Assembly: GCA_902571525.1 (NCBI GenBank)
Contig: CACGCL010000004.1
Coordinates: 6,039 to 70,038 of the forward strand
Source: an uncultured Pelagibacteraceae bacterium
Lineage (GTDB): Bacteria > Pseudomonadota > Alphaproteobacteria > Pelagibacterales > Pelagibacteraceae
Reading direction: 5' to 3'
DNA length: 64,000 nt
A program made the position numbers and the translations under genes. Below, piece by piece: positions 13,522 to 23,097 of the stretch (the stretch's first letter is position 1; every line of letters starts with the position of its first letter). The notes below the pieces were generated by a model that had not been told where the DNA came from, searched no databases, and saw nothing but the letters and a program-made list of their open reading frames with translations.

Positions 13522-14619
13522 TTAATTAGTTTTCTTCTTTAATTCTGGTAATGGTAGATAAGGAACAACTCCAGATCCTGAGTCTTTATCTATTATCACT
13601 TTATCTATATCAGCAAGAACTTTTTCCATTGTCTCTAAATACATTCTCTCTTGAGTTACTTCTTTTGCTTTTGCGTATTCGGTAAATATTGATATAAATC
13701 TGCTTGCTTCACCTTCTGCTTTTGCAACAACTTCCTTTTTATAAGCTTCAGCAGCTTGAAGTATTTTTGCAGCTTCACCTCTTGCTCTTGGAATAACATC
13801 ATTTGCATAGGCCTCGGCTTCATTTTTTGATCTCTCCATGTCTGCTCTAGCTGCTTGAACATCTCTAAATGCATCGATAACTTGATCTGGTGGGTCAGCT
13901 TTTTGTGTTTGAACCTGTGTTACTTGAATACCACTTTGATATTCATCTAAAATTTCTTGAATAATGGTTTCTGTTTCTTGCTCTATTACAGATCTTCCTT
14001 CAGTTAGAATAGGTTGTATATTACTTTTAGCTATCACTTCTCTCATTGCCGTTTCTGCTGCAGCTTTTACAGTTCCCTCTGGATCTTGAATTTTAAATAA
14101 AAATTTCCCTGCATCTTTAATTACCCAAAATACTGAAAAATCAATGTTAACAATGTTTTCATCTCCAGTTAACATTAAACTTTCCTCTGGAACATCTGCT
14201 ACTACACCTGAACTAAATCCTGTATCTCTTTCTGATCTAAAACCAATATCAATTCTGTTAACTTTTGTAACTTTTGGCGTAATTACGCTTTCGATTGGGA
14301 AAGGTATGTGATAATTCAAGCCTGGTTGGGTTGTTGTAACAAACTTTCCAAATCTTAAAACCACACCCTGCTCATCCGGTAGAACACGGTATAGACCACT
14401 CAAAGCATAAATTATTAATAAAATTGAAATTCCAAAAATTAATGGTTTACCACCTTTGGACGCACCGCCGGGTAAAAACTTATTTATTTTATCTTGTAAA
14501 GTTTTAATAATCTCGTCTATATTTGGAGGAGTTGGGCCCCTTCTTCCAGAGCCGTTTCCGCCGCCACCTGGAGGGGATCCCCAAGGGCTACCACCTCTAC
14601 TTCTAAAATCGTCAACCAT
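13522..14619 (-). CDS. hflK: FtsH modulator HflK
   Basis: PW/G-rich N-terminus, MLTGDENIV, AFRDVQAA, RMYLETME. Confidence 0.95.
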   Translation of the reverse strand: MVDDFRSRGGSPWGSPPGGGGNGSGRRGPTPPNIDEIIKTLQDKINKFLPGGASKGGKPLIFGISILLIIYALSGLYRVLPDEQGVVLRFGKFVTTTQPGLNYHIPFPIESVITPKVTKVNRIDIGFRSERDTGFSSGVVADVPEESLMLTGDENIVNIDFSVFWVIKDAGKFLFKIQDPEGTVKAAAETAMREVIAKSNIQPILTEGRSVIEQETETIIQEILDEYQSGIQVTQVQTQKADPPDQVIDAFRDVQAARADMERSKNEAEAYANDVIPRARGEAAKILQAAEAYKKEVVAKAEGEASRFISIFTEYAKAKEVTQERMYLETMEKVLADIDKVIIDKDSGSGVVPYLPLPELKKKTN

Positions 14620-14700
14620 GCACTTTATATAGTGTCTTTGTTGGGAAAAACAAGTTTAGTATGTTAAAAGTACAACAAAATAACCGGACTTAATGTAGCA

Positions 14701-15498
14701 ATGATAGGAAAACCTTACAAAAAAACCTTCGTTAAAAACCCGATTTCAGGTACCAAGTTTACAATTGCAATTTCGAGCGCCAAAGGAGGTGTTGGTAAAT
14801 CAACTTTCGCAACAAATTTAGCCTTAGCATTAAAAAATTTAGGTTGTAAGGTTGGTTTATTGGATGCAGATATTTATGGTCCATCATTACCAAAACTTTT
14901 TTCGATTAACCAAAAACCTGAGAGTGATGGGTCAAATTTAAAACCTATCGTTAAATACGATATTCAATGTATGTCAATCGGTTTCTTAACTGACGAACAA
15001 ACGCCAATGATTTGGAGAGGTCCAATGGTAACTAGCACTATCAAAACTTTTGCCCAAAAAGTAAGCTGGAATAATTTAGATTTTATAATTGTAGATATGC
15101 CTCCAGGCACAGGTGATACTCAACTAACATTTGCACAAGAAATCGAAATGGATGGAGCAATTATAGTTTCAACTCCTCAAGAGCTTGCACTTCAAGATGT
15201 TAAAAGAGGAATTAGAATGTTTGATAAATTGGGGGTAAAAATTATTGGATTAGTAGATAACATGAGTTTTTTTAAAGGAGAGGATGGAAAAAAATATCCT
15301 ATTTTTGGTGAAGGTGGGGTTAAAAGGACTGCTGAGGAATTTAGTAAAGAATTTTTGTGTGAAATTCCAATTGATCCTGACGTTGGAAAATCTGGTGATC
15401 AAGGTAAACCAATTGTAGAAAGTAATCCAGATAATGAAATTTCTAAAATTTATTTAGATATAGCAAAAAAAATTAAGTCCTCTTTTATTGAAAACTAA
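14701..15498 (+). CDS. mrp: Mrp/ApbC Fe-S cluster carrier ATPase
   Basis: KGGVGKST, DADIYGPS, WRGPM, DMPPGTGD. Confidence 0.95.
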   Translation: MIGKPYKKTFVKNPISGTKFTIAISSAKGGVGKSTFATNLALALKNLGCKVGLLDADIYGPSLPKLFSINQKPESDGSNLKPIVKYDIQCMSIGFLTDEQTPMIWRGPMVTSTIKTFAQKVSWNNLDFIIVDMPPGTGDTQLTFAQEIEMDGAIIVSTPQELALQDVKRGIRMFDKLGVKIIGLVDNMSFFKGEDGKKYPIFGEGGVKRTAEEFSKEFLCEIPIDPDVGKSGDQGKPIVESNPDNEISKIYLDIAKKIKSSFIEN

Positions 15499-15500
15499 TT

Positions 15501-17621
15501 TTATTTTAAAGTATAGACTTTTAAAAAGATACCGTATTTAGGATCTTCGGCAAAAAAATCTAGATTGCTTGATACATCAAAGTTTAAATTGTTATAATTG
15601 CTTTTATAAGAGATTTCAGTTGAAGTTTCATGAACAGAGAGTACATATGATGAATTATGTGAGGATCTATAATCTCCCGCAATTAAAAAATTGTCATTAT
15701 AACCGCCTCCTTTGGATTGATCTCTAGTGTACTTCGTCATTAATTTAAAACCGCTATCTGTAATTAAATCAAAACCTATACCAGCATGAATACTATGAGT
15801 GTCATTATTAATGTTATCTAGAGTGTATTTGTCTCCGCTTGATGCATATGAAAATTTTTGTTTTGTTGATGGGCTCATATCAGCAGAGTAATTAAAATCA
15901 AAAAAAGGCAAAAAAGATTTATTTTTTAGTTCAAAGTTTTTATCAATATTGGCGCCAACTGAAGTAATAAAATTTCCAATATATTGATCTTTAAATTTTA
16001 AATTTAAACCTACAGCGCCAGTTTCGGTATATTCTGCAAAGTGCGTTAGACCGTAATCTATTTTTATTTTAGGTGTAAAATTTAAATTATTTTTTGAAAG
16101 AGTATCTCTTAAACTAAAAGAACCATATAATTGTTCCCCAGACCTCTCGCCTTTGGTTGAAGTAGAGCCGCTATTATTAATTAAATCAGAATTTATAAAA
16201 CTTAAGCCTAACAAGTGATCAATAAATCTTTCTTCTCCTTTTGGTTTAGTCTCATAAAAAGTTAGACTAAATGCACTCATATTCAATGCACTTCCAAGGT
16301 TTCCCACGTCAACATCATCACTTCCAAATCGTAACGCGATACCTCTCATTATATTATCTTTGCCTCTTTTATCTGCACCCAGAGTAATTGCTGAGGTATT
16401 GATATTTTTCGAAGATGAAACGGAGGTATCACCTATTTTACCTACACTAATAGTCCCTTCACTCCATAGAGACCAATTAGAATTTTGATTGTCTTTGTTT
16501 GAAGAATCATAATTAGATAAATAAACTGGTAACAACGTTTTAGATAAAGAATTTAAAACTTCATTATTAAATTGAAAATTAATATTTTGATTAGTTAAAT
16601 TTCCTCTATTGTTATTTCTTCTTAACCATCCCATACGATTCATCACGGGATATGTGGTGTGTTGTATTAGTTTTTTTGCACTTTCAGATTGAGATTCTAT
16701 TGATGCTACATCATCTTTATTTGCTTTTGGATCAATGCATTTAACAACTCCAAAACCACAAGTTAAATCATATTGATAGACACCTCGATTTGCGTCAGCA
16801 TTGTTAAAATCTGTGACAATCATTTTAGAACCATCTGAACTAAATGTAATTCCTCCTAGGCTAACAACATCGTCTATAATATGCTCCCCTTCATAATTTA
16901 CAGTTGCAGTTAGATCAAACGGATTTGATAAACTAAATTCCAGAATAGTATCTTCCTTATTTCCGGTTATAAACATTTTTGAACCATCAGAGCTGAATTC
17001 TAACCCTTGTGAAAATGCTTCAATTGAAGCCAAGTCACCATTATGACCTATATAATCTGTTGTTAAAATCGGATTTGATAAGTCAAATGCACTTGAAAGT
17101 GAATACTGTTTAATTGAATGTTTACTACTATTTCCATCTGCGTCAAAAATGAAAATCTTTTGACCATCATTACTAAATGCAAATGACCTCATCTCCAACC
17201 CACCTTCAAAATCTTGTGGGCTTCCAGATACTAATGAACAAGTAGAAATGTCGTAGGGTGTGGTTAATGAATACTTATCTATAGTCTCTGTGGCTTTTGT
17301 ATCAAGTACAAATATTGCAGTTCCATTAGAATTAAATCTAAACGCTAATGCATCATGTTCACCTTCTAGATCACATGTTTTCGATGCATATGTTGCCGTA
17401 GTAACAGTAAAAGGTGTTGTCAAATTATACATATAAATTTGATTTTGTATTATGCCGGTAATGTACATTTTAGTTCCATCGGGATTAAATAAAACGCCAG
17501 TTGGGTTCCTCTGTTGGGAGTCGTCCCAGTTATGTTGCCCTACAAAAGAGGAAACAGCACCAAAGGTAGTTGTGTTTGAAAAAACTAAAATAATTAAAGA
17601 TATTATTTTAAAATATTTCAT
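15501..17621 (-). CDS. Autotransporter with a five-repeat beta-propeller-like passenger
   Basis: Signal peptide from ATG 17621; five F..DG.K.(F/Y)I...YSL..PFD repeats; barrel region from WSLWSEGTISVG; aromatic C-terminus. Confidence 0.8.
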   Translation of the reverse strand: MKYFKIISLIILVFSNTTTFGAVSSFVGQHNWDDSQQRNPTGVLFNPDGTKMYITGIIQNQIYMYNLTTPFTVTTATYASKTCDLEGEHDALAFRFNSNGTAIFVLDTKATETIDKYSLTTPYDISTCSLVSGSPQDFEGGLEMRSFAFSNDGQKIFIFDADGNSSKHSIKQYSLSSAFDLSNPILTTDYIGHNGDLASIEAFSQGLEFSSDGSKMFITGNKEDTILEFSLSNPFDLTATVNYEGEHIIDDVVSLGGITFSSDGSKMIVTDFNNADANRGVYQYDLTCGFGVVKCIDPKANKDDVASIESQSESAKKLIQHTTYPVMNRMGWLRRNNNRGNLTNQNINFQFNNEVLNSLSKTLLPVYLSNYDSSNKDNQNSNWSLWSEGTISVGKIGDTSVSSSKNINTSAITLGADKRGKDNIMRGIALRFGSDDVDVGNLGSALNMSAFSLTFYETKPKGEERFIDHLLGLSFINSDLINNSGSTSTKGERSGEQLYGSFSLRDTLSKNNLNFTPKIKIDYGLTHFAEYTETGAVGLNLKFKDQYIGNFITSVGANIDKNFELKNKSFLPFFDFNYSADMSPSTKQKFSYASSGDKYTLDNINNDTHSIHAGIGFDLITDSGFKLMTKYTRDQSKGGGYNDNFLIAGDYRSSHNSSYVLSVHETSTEISYKSNYNNLNFDVSSNLDFFAEDPKYGIFLKVYTLK

Positions 17622-17681
17622 TACTAAATCTTTCTTAAAAAAACTAATTTTAATCACTGATATAAAAAAAGTATTATTATT

Positions 17682-17795
17682 CTAAATCAATTTACAGTTA
17701 AGTTCTAGGGTAGACATAAGCTCATACTGCTCTCTTTTTGATAGGCTTGATTTTTCAGACACTACTTTTTCATTACTAATTAGTCTTTGGACGTT
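17682..17795 (-). pseudogene. Relic copy of the thyX 3' end
   Basis: Translates NVQRLISNEKVVSEKSSLSKREQYELMSTLELNCKLI*; aligns without gaps to the ThyX C-terminus (15/36 identical, stop codons in register). Confidence 0.85.
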
Positions 17796-17803
17796 TTTTT
17801 AAA

Positions 17804-19678
17804 TTAGTTGTTGATTAAATTTTGAGTTTTAAGATTTATGATAAATTCTTTAAACTTTGGTGCTAGTGTCTCCGATCCTTCAACCACTAAGTGACTTGCA
17901 TCACGATATAACAATAAATCTTTATCTTTATCGTAAACTGTACATTTTTTTTGAGGACACAAAATATTATATGAATTAAATATAAAAACTCTATTACTTT
18001 TCATTTCAAATTTTTCAATTTCACTAAATAATTTTTCCAAAGACCTTTTTTGATAATCTTGGGATTTATCAACAGAACAATCTATTTGTTGAATTAGACA
18101 TTTAAATGGTTGGTATTTATTTTTTGGGTATGGAGTAGATTTAAAAAAAATAAACTTTACTTTATTATTAAATTCTGGATATCTTAAAGAAATTTTTTCC
18201 AGTTTTTTTAAATTATCAATGTTAGTAACGTATATAATTTCAGAAAATTTATCAAACAGCTTATTAACTTGATTAACTGAGATATTATAGTCTGTTGCAT
18301 GTTTGTAGTAAACGTTATCTAAAAAACTCAATTTATTAAATATTGGGATAAATTGCGCTGTATGACTATTCCCTTCAATATAAAAAAGGGTTTTATAATT
18401 TTTTTGTCTTAAACACTCGTTTTTCAAATCATCCTGATTTATTGAAAAAACCTTTGAACTATCCTCACAATGATCATAAATTTTATTTTTTCCTAAATAT
18501 ATCAATTTATTAAAAGGAACTCTGTTATTCCAATTATGTTTATAATTTAGATAATTTACTTCGTGGATGTAATTTCTTATTTTTGCTTTTAAACTGTTGT
18601 CAAAATATTTAATATAAATCAAAGAAGTTAAAACTATTAAAAATATTGAAATACCAAAAATTATGAATTTTTTTATTTCTTTAAATTTGAAATATCTAAA
18701 TTTTTGTTCAATAAATTTGTAAGTAACGACAGAAAGAAGTGTTGTAAATATAAAGCTTAGAATAACATCTAAATAAAAATTATTCACAACATATAAATCT
18801 AAAAAAAACAGAATAGGAAGGTGCCATAAATAGAAAGAGTATGAAATATTACCAAAGTAAACAAATACCCCATTCTCAATAAATCTCGATCTTGAAAAGG
18901 AAACAATAAACAAGCCACTTAAAAGTACTATAATTAAATTGAGATAAAAATAGTTATATTCATATCCACTGAAAACTAAAAAAATTATTATGATGAGTGA
19001 AATATATGACAACGTATTGTTTTTTTTAATTCTATAGGCATTTAAGAATAAAATACCTCCGAAAATTAATTCCCAAAATCGTAAGGGTGACAAATAAAAT
19101 CCAAATACTGGATTTGTTTCAATTTGTGATTTAAAGAAAAATAATGAAATAAAGAATATTAGTATGAGTGTTATTTGTAAATTTAATATTTTATTTTTTG
19201 ATAATGAAAAAATTGAAAAAATTAAAAAGGGATAAAATAAATAAAATTGTTCTTCAACTCCTAAAGACCACGTGTGCGCCAAAGGATCATCAAATACATT
19301 GTCGAAATAACCAATACTATGAACTATGTAATATAAGTTTGATACACCAAGAAGTGCACTAATAGTTTCGTTCCAAAGAGAAAGGTCAGGGGGTCCAAAT
19401 AATAAATAAATTACATAAGTAAGACTAACTATAAAAACTAAATTAGGAATTATTCTTTTAAATCTTTTTAGATAAAATTCAGACAAATTTATTTTTTTAT
19501 CAATTTCGTAATTTTGAAAAATTCTTTGAGTAATCACAAATCCTGATATTACAAAGAATATATCTACCCCTAAATATCCCTTTTGAAAAAAAGGTATATT
19601 AGTATGGTATAAAAAAACAAATATAACTGAAAGACCTCTTAAAAATTGTACATTTTTCTTATACTGAAAATCAAGCAT
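17804..19678 (-). CDS. Acyltransferase-3/SGNH fusion (OafA/OatA-type O-acetyltransferase)
   Basis: LRGLSV..V..YH, GVDIFFVISGF, HTWSLGVEEQFY; SGNH part GNSH...DASHL. Confidence 0.92.
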   Translation of the reverse strand: MLDFQYKKNVQFLRGLSVIFVFLYHTNIPFFQKGYLGVDIFFVISGFVITQRIFQNYEIDKKINLSEFYLKRFKRIIPNLVFIVSLTYVIYLLFGPPDLSLWNETISALLGVSNLYYIVHSIGYFDNVFDDPLAHTWSLGVEEQFYLFYPFLIFSIFSLSKNKILNLQITLILIFFISLFFFKSQIETNPVFGFYLSPLRFWELIFGGILFLNAYRIKKNNTLSYISLIIIIFLVFSGYEYNYFYLNLIIVLLSGLFIVSFSRSRFIENGVFVYFGNISYSFYLWHLPILFFLDLYVVNNFYLDVILSFIFTTLLSVVTYKFIEQKFRYFKFKEIKKFIIFGISIFLIVLTSLIYIKYFDNSLKAKIRNYIHEVNYLNYKHNWNNRVPFNKLIYLGKNKIYDHCEDSSKVFSINQDDLKNECLRQKNYKTLFYIEGNSHTAQFIPIFNKLSFLDNVYYKHATDYNISVNQVNKLFDKFSEIIYVTNIDNLKKLEKISLRYPEFNNKVKFIFFKSTPYPKNKYQPFKCLIQQIDCSVDKSQDYQKRSLEKLFSEIEKFEMKSNRVFIFNSYNILCPQKKCTVYDKDKDLLLYRDASHLVVEGSETLAPKFKEFIINLKTQNLINN

Positions 19679-19695
19679 TTTAAGTAATATTTTTT

Positions 19696-20643
19696 TTAAA
19701 CGATCTTATCTTTCAAATCAAAAGCTACCATAAGCTCATTCCATTCTCTTTTAGAAAGGCCTGATTCATCAATTGAAATTTTTTGACCTTTAATTAATTT
19801 TTGAAGTATCAATTTTCCTTTAGAAGAAACTTCTGTGCCACCCACTCTATAATCTATAAAAGCGTCATAAGTAATAGGTGTCCATTTTTTTAAAGTATCC
19901 AACATTATGTCAGCATAAACTCGAATTTCATATTGTGCATGGTGATCTGCTCTTAATCTTAAAAAATTCATCAAATTTAATAAGTCTGTTTTCCAGTACC
20001 ATTGAGTATAAGTATTCAAAGTCAAATTCATTCTTGCAAGTTCTCTGGCAAGACCTTTTTTATTTTCGTCAATGGTTGATCCATCATATTTTTCGTTAAG
20101 CATAGTTTCGTAGTTTGTATAAGTTCTTTCAGCATCATTTTTTAAAAGTTCTAACACCTCTTTAGCTTGATCACCTTCAAGAATATCTCCTCTTCCTTGT
20201 CTATTACTTGATGACTGTGCGGCAAGATTATTTATAGATGGTAAATAAAATTCTTTATCTAAAATTGAATATCTTGCAGAATATTCATTTACATTCGCTG
20301 TTCTATGTCTTATCCATTGTCTAGCGATAAATATCGGTAGCTTTACATGATATTTAATTTCACACATTTCAAATGGGGTGCTGTGCCAATGTCTCATTAA
20401 ATACTTTATTAAACCACTGTCTGTTGATACTTTTTTAGTCCCCTTACCATATGATACTCTTGCTGCCTGAACTATTGATGTATCGTCTCCCATGTAATCT
20501 ATCACCCTAACAAATCCATGATCAAGCGCAGGGATTGCCTCATAAAGAATATTTTCAAGTTCTGGTACTGTTACTCTTTTAGTAGAATTTTGTTCAGATT
20601 GCTGATTTTTAATATCTTTTAATTGTTCTTTAGTTAATTTCAT
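19696..20643 (-). CDS. thyX: FAD-dependent thymidylate synthase
   Basis: AARVSY, H.TPFE, RQWIRHR, NEYSARY; start set at ATG 20643 (MKLTKEQ). Confidence 0.97.
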   Translation of the reverse strand: MKLTKEQLKDIKNQQSEQNSTKRVTVPELENILYEAIPALDHGFVRVIDYMGDDTSIVQAARVSYGKGTKKVSTDSGLIKYLMRHWHSTPFEMCEIKYHVKLPIFIARQWIRHRTANVNEYSARYSILDKEFYLPSINNLAAQSSSNRQGRGDILEGDQAKEVLELLKNDAERTYTNYETMLNEKYDGSTIDENKKGLARELARMNLTLNTYTQWYWKTDLLNLMNFLRLRADHHAQYEIRVYADIMLDTLKKWTPITYDAFIDYRVGGTEVSSKGKLILQKLIKGQKISIDESGLSKREWNELMVAFDLKDKIV

Positions 20644-20683
20644 GAATTTTATTGAATCTATTACAATAGTTTTTATATTATAA

Positions 20684-20945
20684 GTGTTGGTTTTCCAACT
20701 ACGACGATAAACGAATTTCGTAATAAACATTGCGGACGTGGGGGCAGTACCCACCACCTCCACCAAAAACTTACAACTTATGGGGGTGAACTAGGATCGA
20801 CGGATGTCTAAAAGTCTTTCTTTCGTTCGGAATAGTTCCACCGTGACGGGCTATTTATAATTGCAAATAATAAATTTGCACTTGCAGCTTAATTAATTTT
20901 TTAATTAAGTTACGGGGTTTGGGGCACCTGGCAACAGAACGCCCC
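20684..20945 (+). ncRNA. ssrA: Two-piece (circularly permuted) tmRNA
   Basis: Acceptor piece ends CACCTCCACCA at 20765; 16-nt spacer; coding piece starts GGGGGTG at 20782 (G3-U70 pair); tag ANNKFALAA* at 20863-20892; 5' end approximate. Confidence 0.93.
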
Positions 20946-20951
20946 TTTTTT
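20921..20951 (+). terminator. 3' hairpin and U-tract closing ssrA
   Basis: GGGGC...GCCCC followed by T6. Confidence 0.65.
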
Positions 20952-20980
20952 ATTATATAATAAATATATAGTTTAATATT

Positions 20981-21277
20981 ATGTTTTCAGGATTTTTTGC
21001 TTTATTTATAATTTATCTCTTGCATCAATATATAACTGCATGGATTAAATATTATAATAAGACAGATGAAAGATTTGGAAATTCTGTATGGAGATGGTCA
21101 TATGACTACCAGGTAAAAGGAATTAGAGATGTCTCGGACTTAGATGATAAAGAGTTTGTAAGAAAAAGGAGAATTAGAAACAGAACTGTCTCATTTATGT
21201 ATTGGAATTTTTTTATTGGTTTTACTGTTTCTATGTACTTAATAAGTGATGTACTGATGTTTATTCTAAATAATTGA
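20981..21277 (+). CDS. Hypothetical 2-TM membrane protein
   Basis: 98-aa ATG ORF fills the gap; hydrophobic at both ends. Confidence 0.65.
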   Translation: MFSGFFALFIIYLLHQYITAWIKYYNKTDERFGNSVWRWSYDYQVKGIRDVSDLDDKEFVRKRRIRNRTVSFMYWNFFIGFTVSMYLISDVLMFILNN

Positions 21278-21279
21278 AA

Positions 21280-21651
21280 TTAAACTAAAAATTTTTTTAA
21301 ATCTGGCTTAAAATATTTTGGTCCTTTCATAACTTTTCCTTGTTCATTATAAATTGGATTTCCATCATCACCTAATTTGCTCATATTAGATTTTTGAACT
21401 TCCTCAAAACAGTCATCTAAATTAATACCAAATGCATGCCCAGCACCATATGTAACATATAAAATATCTGTCAGAGCATCTGCCACTTCTTTTAAATCTT
21501 TTTTTAAAATAGCTTCTTTGAATTCGTTAAGCTCTTCTTCAATTAAGTTAATTCTTAAATCATTAATTTTATCACTACTTAAGCCTGCTTTATTTTTAAT
21601 ATCTTGCCCAAATGTAGACATAAAAATTCCAACTTTTTCGAAATTTGTCAT
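21280..21651 (-). CDS. MazG-like/PRA-PH family nucleotide pyrophosphohydrolase
   Basis: LIEEELNEF..A, EVADALTDILYVTYG, SNMSKL, GKVMKG. Confidence 0.88.
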   Translation of the reverse strand: MTNFEKVGIFMSTFGQDIKNKAGLSSDKINDLRINLIEEELNEFKEAILKKDLKEVADALTDILYVTYGAGHAFGINLDDCFEEVQKSNMSKLGDDGNPIYNEQGKVMKGPKYFKPDLKKFLV

Positions 21652-21708
21652 AGCTCTCCTATATGATTCTTTTTATTTTTAATGTATAAGATAAATATTA
21701 TTATCCAA

Positions 21709-23097
21709 ATGAAATTTAGAAAAGAGTACGATACTATTGGAAAAATTAACGTCCCTAACGATAAATATTGGGGAGCATCAACTGAAAGATCTAAAAAGTT
21801 TTTCGATATTGGCGAAATTTTTGTTCAAAAAGTATTAATAAAATCAATTGCAATTATTAAGAAGTCTGCAGCAATAGTTCACAAAAAAGACAAACAAATT
21901 AATGCAAAAATTGCAAACGCAATCATAAAAGCATCTAATGAGGTCATCAAAGGCAAGCTTCAAAATAATTTTCCTTTAAAAGTTTGGCAAACTGGATCTG
22001 GTACTCAAACCAATATGAATGTAAATGAGGTTATCGCTAACAGAGCTATAAAATATTTGGGCGGAAAATTAGGTTCAAAAAAACCTGTTCATCCAAATGA
22101 TCATGTAAATAAGTCCCAATCTACAAATGATGTTTTTCCAACAGCAATGCATATAGCAATAGCTTTGGAGACAAAAAGTAAGCTATTACCGAGTTTAGAT
22201 CTTCTAAATAAAGAATTAATGAAGAAAGTAAAAAAGTTCAAAAAAATAATAAAGGTGGGTAGAACACATTTACAAGATGCGACTCCTCTGACACTTGGGC
22301 AAGAGTTTTCTGGTTATCAATCACAGCTAAACGATTGTATTACAAGAATAAAAATTGCAATTAAAGAAATACATTTTCTAGCTCAAGGAGGGACAGCTGT
22401 GGGTACAGGTATAAATACAAAGAAAAACTTTGATAAGAAAATTTGTAGAGAAATTAGTAAATTAACAAATTTGAATTTTAAGCCTTCTAATAATAAATTT
22501 GCAGCTCTCGCAGCACATGACTCAATTGTAAATTTTTCTGGAACTCTGAATACTACAGCAGTTTGTTTACTAAAAATCGCAAATGATATTAGATTTCTTG
22601 GATCAGGACCAAGAGCTGGTTATGGTGAATTAAATCTACCTGCAAATGAGCCCGGTTCTTCTATAATGCCCGGTAAAGTAAATCCAACTCAATCAGAGGC
22701 AGTTACCATGGTATGTGTTAAGGTAATTGGCAATCATACAGGTATCACAATAGCAGGATCTCAAGGCCAATTTGAGCTTAATGTATTCAAACCTTTAATT
22801 GCTCATAATATCTTACAGTCAATTGACCTAATTGCAGACAGCTCAAAAAATTTTGCAAAATTTTGTATTAAAGGCATAAAAGCTAACAAAAATAAAATCA
22901 AAAATGATTTAGAAAATTCTTTAATGTTAGTAACTGCGCTGGCACCGACTATAGGTTACGACAAGGCAGCGAATATTGCAAAAAAAGCTCTAAAGAATAA
23001 TACCACTCTAAAAGCTGAGGTAATTAAAAGTGGTCTAATGAACGAAAAAGAATATCACAAAATTGTAGATCCAAAAAAAATGATTCAACCAGCATAG
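21709..23097 (+). CDS. fumC: Class II fumarate hydratase
   Basis: WQTGSGT, GRTHLQDA, GSSIMPGKVNP. Confidence 0.98.
   Translation: MKFRKEYDTIGKINVPNDKYWGASTERSKKFFDIGEIFVQKVLIKSIAIIKKSAAIVHKKDKQINAKIANAIIKASNEVIKGKLQNNFPLKVWQTGSGTQTNMNVNEVIANRAIKYLGGKLGSKKPVHPNDHVNKSQSTNDVFPTAMHIAIALETKSKLLPSLDLLNKELMKKVKKFKKIIKVGRTHLQDATPLTLGQEFSGYQSQLNDCITRIKIAIKEIHFLAQGGTAVGTGINTKKNFDKKICREISKLTNLNFKPSNNKFAALAAHDSIVNFSGTLNTTAVCLLKIANDIRFLGSGPRAGYGELNLPANEPGSSIMPGKVNPTQSEAVTMVCVKVIGNHTGITIAGSQGQFELNVFKPLIAHNILQSIDLIADSSKNFAKFCIKGIKANKNKIKNDLENSLMLVTALAPTIGYDKAANIAKKALKNNTTLKAEVIKSGLMNEKEYHKIVDPKKMIQPA

Noticed and set aside
20644-20766. N-terminal extension of thyX in the ORF track (start 20766)
   Set aside because: It is the antisense of the tmRNA acceptor piece; ATG 20643 is the plausible start.
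23085-23097. Convergent 3' overlaps (fumC/AsmA-like here; pepP/ligA at 28399-28416)
   Set aside because: Ordinary feature of streamlined genomes; no evidence of a regulatory role.
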